From assembly GCF_009914755.1 (NCBI RefSeq), contig NC_060929.1: 64,000 bases of DNA, one strand, 5' to 3'. The first letter of the stretch is position 1, and each line of letters opens with the position of its first letter. Below the pieces are notes generated by a model that ran no database searches, was not told where the DNA came from, and was given only the letters and a program-made list of their open reading frames with translations. Origin of the DNA: the human T2T-CHM13v2.0 reference genome, Homo sapiens. A program made the position numbers and the translations under genes. Below are positions 62,331-64,000 of the stretch, in pieces.

Positions 62331-63119
62331 TTTATGACATTGCTTATTGAGTCTGGAAATATCACAAACATAAGGTCTCAGAAATTACCTTTAAGATTTT
62401 CGTACTGCACAGATTGTACCACATTAACAACCCAATTTGATCGTCAACTGCCAGCATTTTTGTACAAATGGTTTATCTGCACAACTGTGCAGGGGCGAGA
62501 AGATGCGTATTTTGCAAATACCATTTAGTAGTGGTGGTTTTACTTTCCCCATCATAACTGAGTTTTAAATCACCATTAATATTTAGCATCAATTACCACC
62601 ACACGCTTTTGTTTTCATGAGGTTAAACACCATGTCAAGTTGATAAATTCTATATTTTTAACACTGTGGATTGCCTGTTCTCTAGGATGGTGCTATTGGC
62701 AAGTAGCCAGACAAACACAGATTGGTGCCTTCATACAATTGGCCCTAAGAAAATTGCATGCCTGTTGATGTGCTTTTGGAGTCTGCATCTTGCAGTAGGT
62801 TCCACTTTAGGGTTTAAACAATTCAGATCCTTCCTCCTCCAGAAAATAAATTGTCTCTTTTTTCTTGTATCAGCTTGAGTCTGGCTAGGCTGATGTCTGA
62901 GATGTGCACTGAGCAAAGAATGGCTGTTTTTAAAGGAATATTGGTAAAATGCAGAGGGAGCTTACATTGTTTTAGGGTGTGACTTTGTGCTCATTATTTT
63001 CCATTCTATCTTACTGGCTTTCCTCTGAAAGCCAGAAACAGAAGCATTGGCTGCCAAAGATGGTTTTAATCCTTGTCTGGCAGCTGCCAAAGTCAAAGAA
63101 GGAGGGAGAGATGGAAAGT

Positions 63120-63600
63120 AACATTTATTGAGCATCTCTTGTATTGCCAGATGGTTTAACTCATTCAGTGCTCATGAGGTTACATCAGACATGACAGAAT
63201 GCAGGGACCTGGACAATGCACTCAGTACTCTGATTTTCTCCATCTCTCAGTTCTGCTTTTTCCTACTTGATTTCTTCTCAACAGGCTCTCTCCATAGGGT
63301 GGCAAGGCCACCACCAGCAAATCTACTCTTACATTCACCAAGTTTAGTAAGCCCAGAGATGGAGAACCTTCCCATGCCTGTATTAGCAACCCCAAGGAAG
63401 ATTCACATTGGCCTTGCTGCATCACATGTTGATGATGGAATCAATCACTCTGCCAGGTCAGGCAAGCCTGTTCAGGAGTCAGGGTATGAGGCACAGACGG
63501 GGGGAGCCCCTTTGTGGAGTGGAGGAGGAGTTTGTTCAAGGAACTAAAGGAAGAGGGTGGCAACCCTTCTTAGACAAAAATTCTTACCATACTCCACGGC
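63120..63600 (-). mobile_element. MIR fragment followed by an old MLT1-like LTR fragment
   Basis: aacatttattgagcatc (MIR tail); ctctcagttctgc...caggctctctccatagggtggcaag...tcacattggcc...aatcaatcactctgccagg. Confidence 0.45.
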
Positions 63601-64000
63601 AATGGACTACTTAAGAATACTGTTGGTTTGAGTTGTCAGTTTGAATGTCTTCTCTGGTAGAACTGAATCAAGAACCCAAAAATAAAGTTAAGGGTAGTTT
63701 ACCAAGTCTCATTGGACATATACATTAACATATATTTGTCAGACAAGCTACATAAATCTGTCTTTTTTTTCATCTTTCAATGACTCTTGCTGTGCAGTAG
63801 TGGCAGTTAGGTTTCTCTTGGATATGTATGCAGTCATCTAGATTTAAAGGCATATGGTCTGCCTTGGATCACTTACAGATTGCAAGATGGCTCTGAAGCC
63901 AAACTTGCTGCTTATTTCATGCCCTGCACATTTAATTACTGCTTGATGTGAATGAAGTGTTTTATCTGAAGATATGCGCCACTGAAATTTTAGCTAGGTA

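Overview
This window is primate, most likely human, intergenic or intronic DNA dominated by transposable elements. I found no convincing host protein-coding gene, RNA gene, CpG island or CRISPR array. Every recognisable ORF in the track is a disrupted LINE-1 ORF1/ORF2 fragment or Alu/THE1-derived; the rest look like noise. The main elements are an old L1MD with nested MLT1, Alu, MER2/MER8 and (GGAA)16 insertions (1-3930), a near full-length minus-strand L1PA3 (14322-19765), two short L1PA 3' ends, a long L1PA15-like element containing an Alu (26572-32265), a complete THE1C-like MaLR provirus with target-site duplications (TSDs; 32674-34971), six Alus, and many MIR/L2/L1M relics. The L1PA3 is the most interesting object. 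It lacks exactly the 5'UTR intron (a SpIRE-type spliced retrocopy), keeps the ZNF93-binding segment, has an in-frame deletion in the RT domain, and carries a tight ~550-bp cluster of AT-to-GC substitutions at its 3' end, suggesting GC-biased gene conversion or A-to-I editing. A ~50-bp non-TE motif is also duplicated 1.5 kb apart, and each copy sits in an exon-like AG..GT frame. Subfamily calls and consensus comparisons are from memory and need RepeatMasker/Dfam confirmation. I cannot support a wholly new biological system from this sequence.
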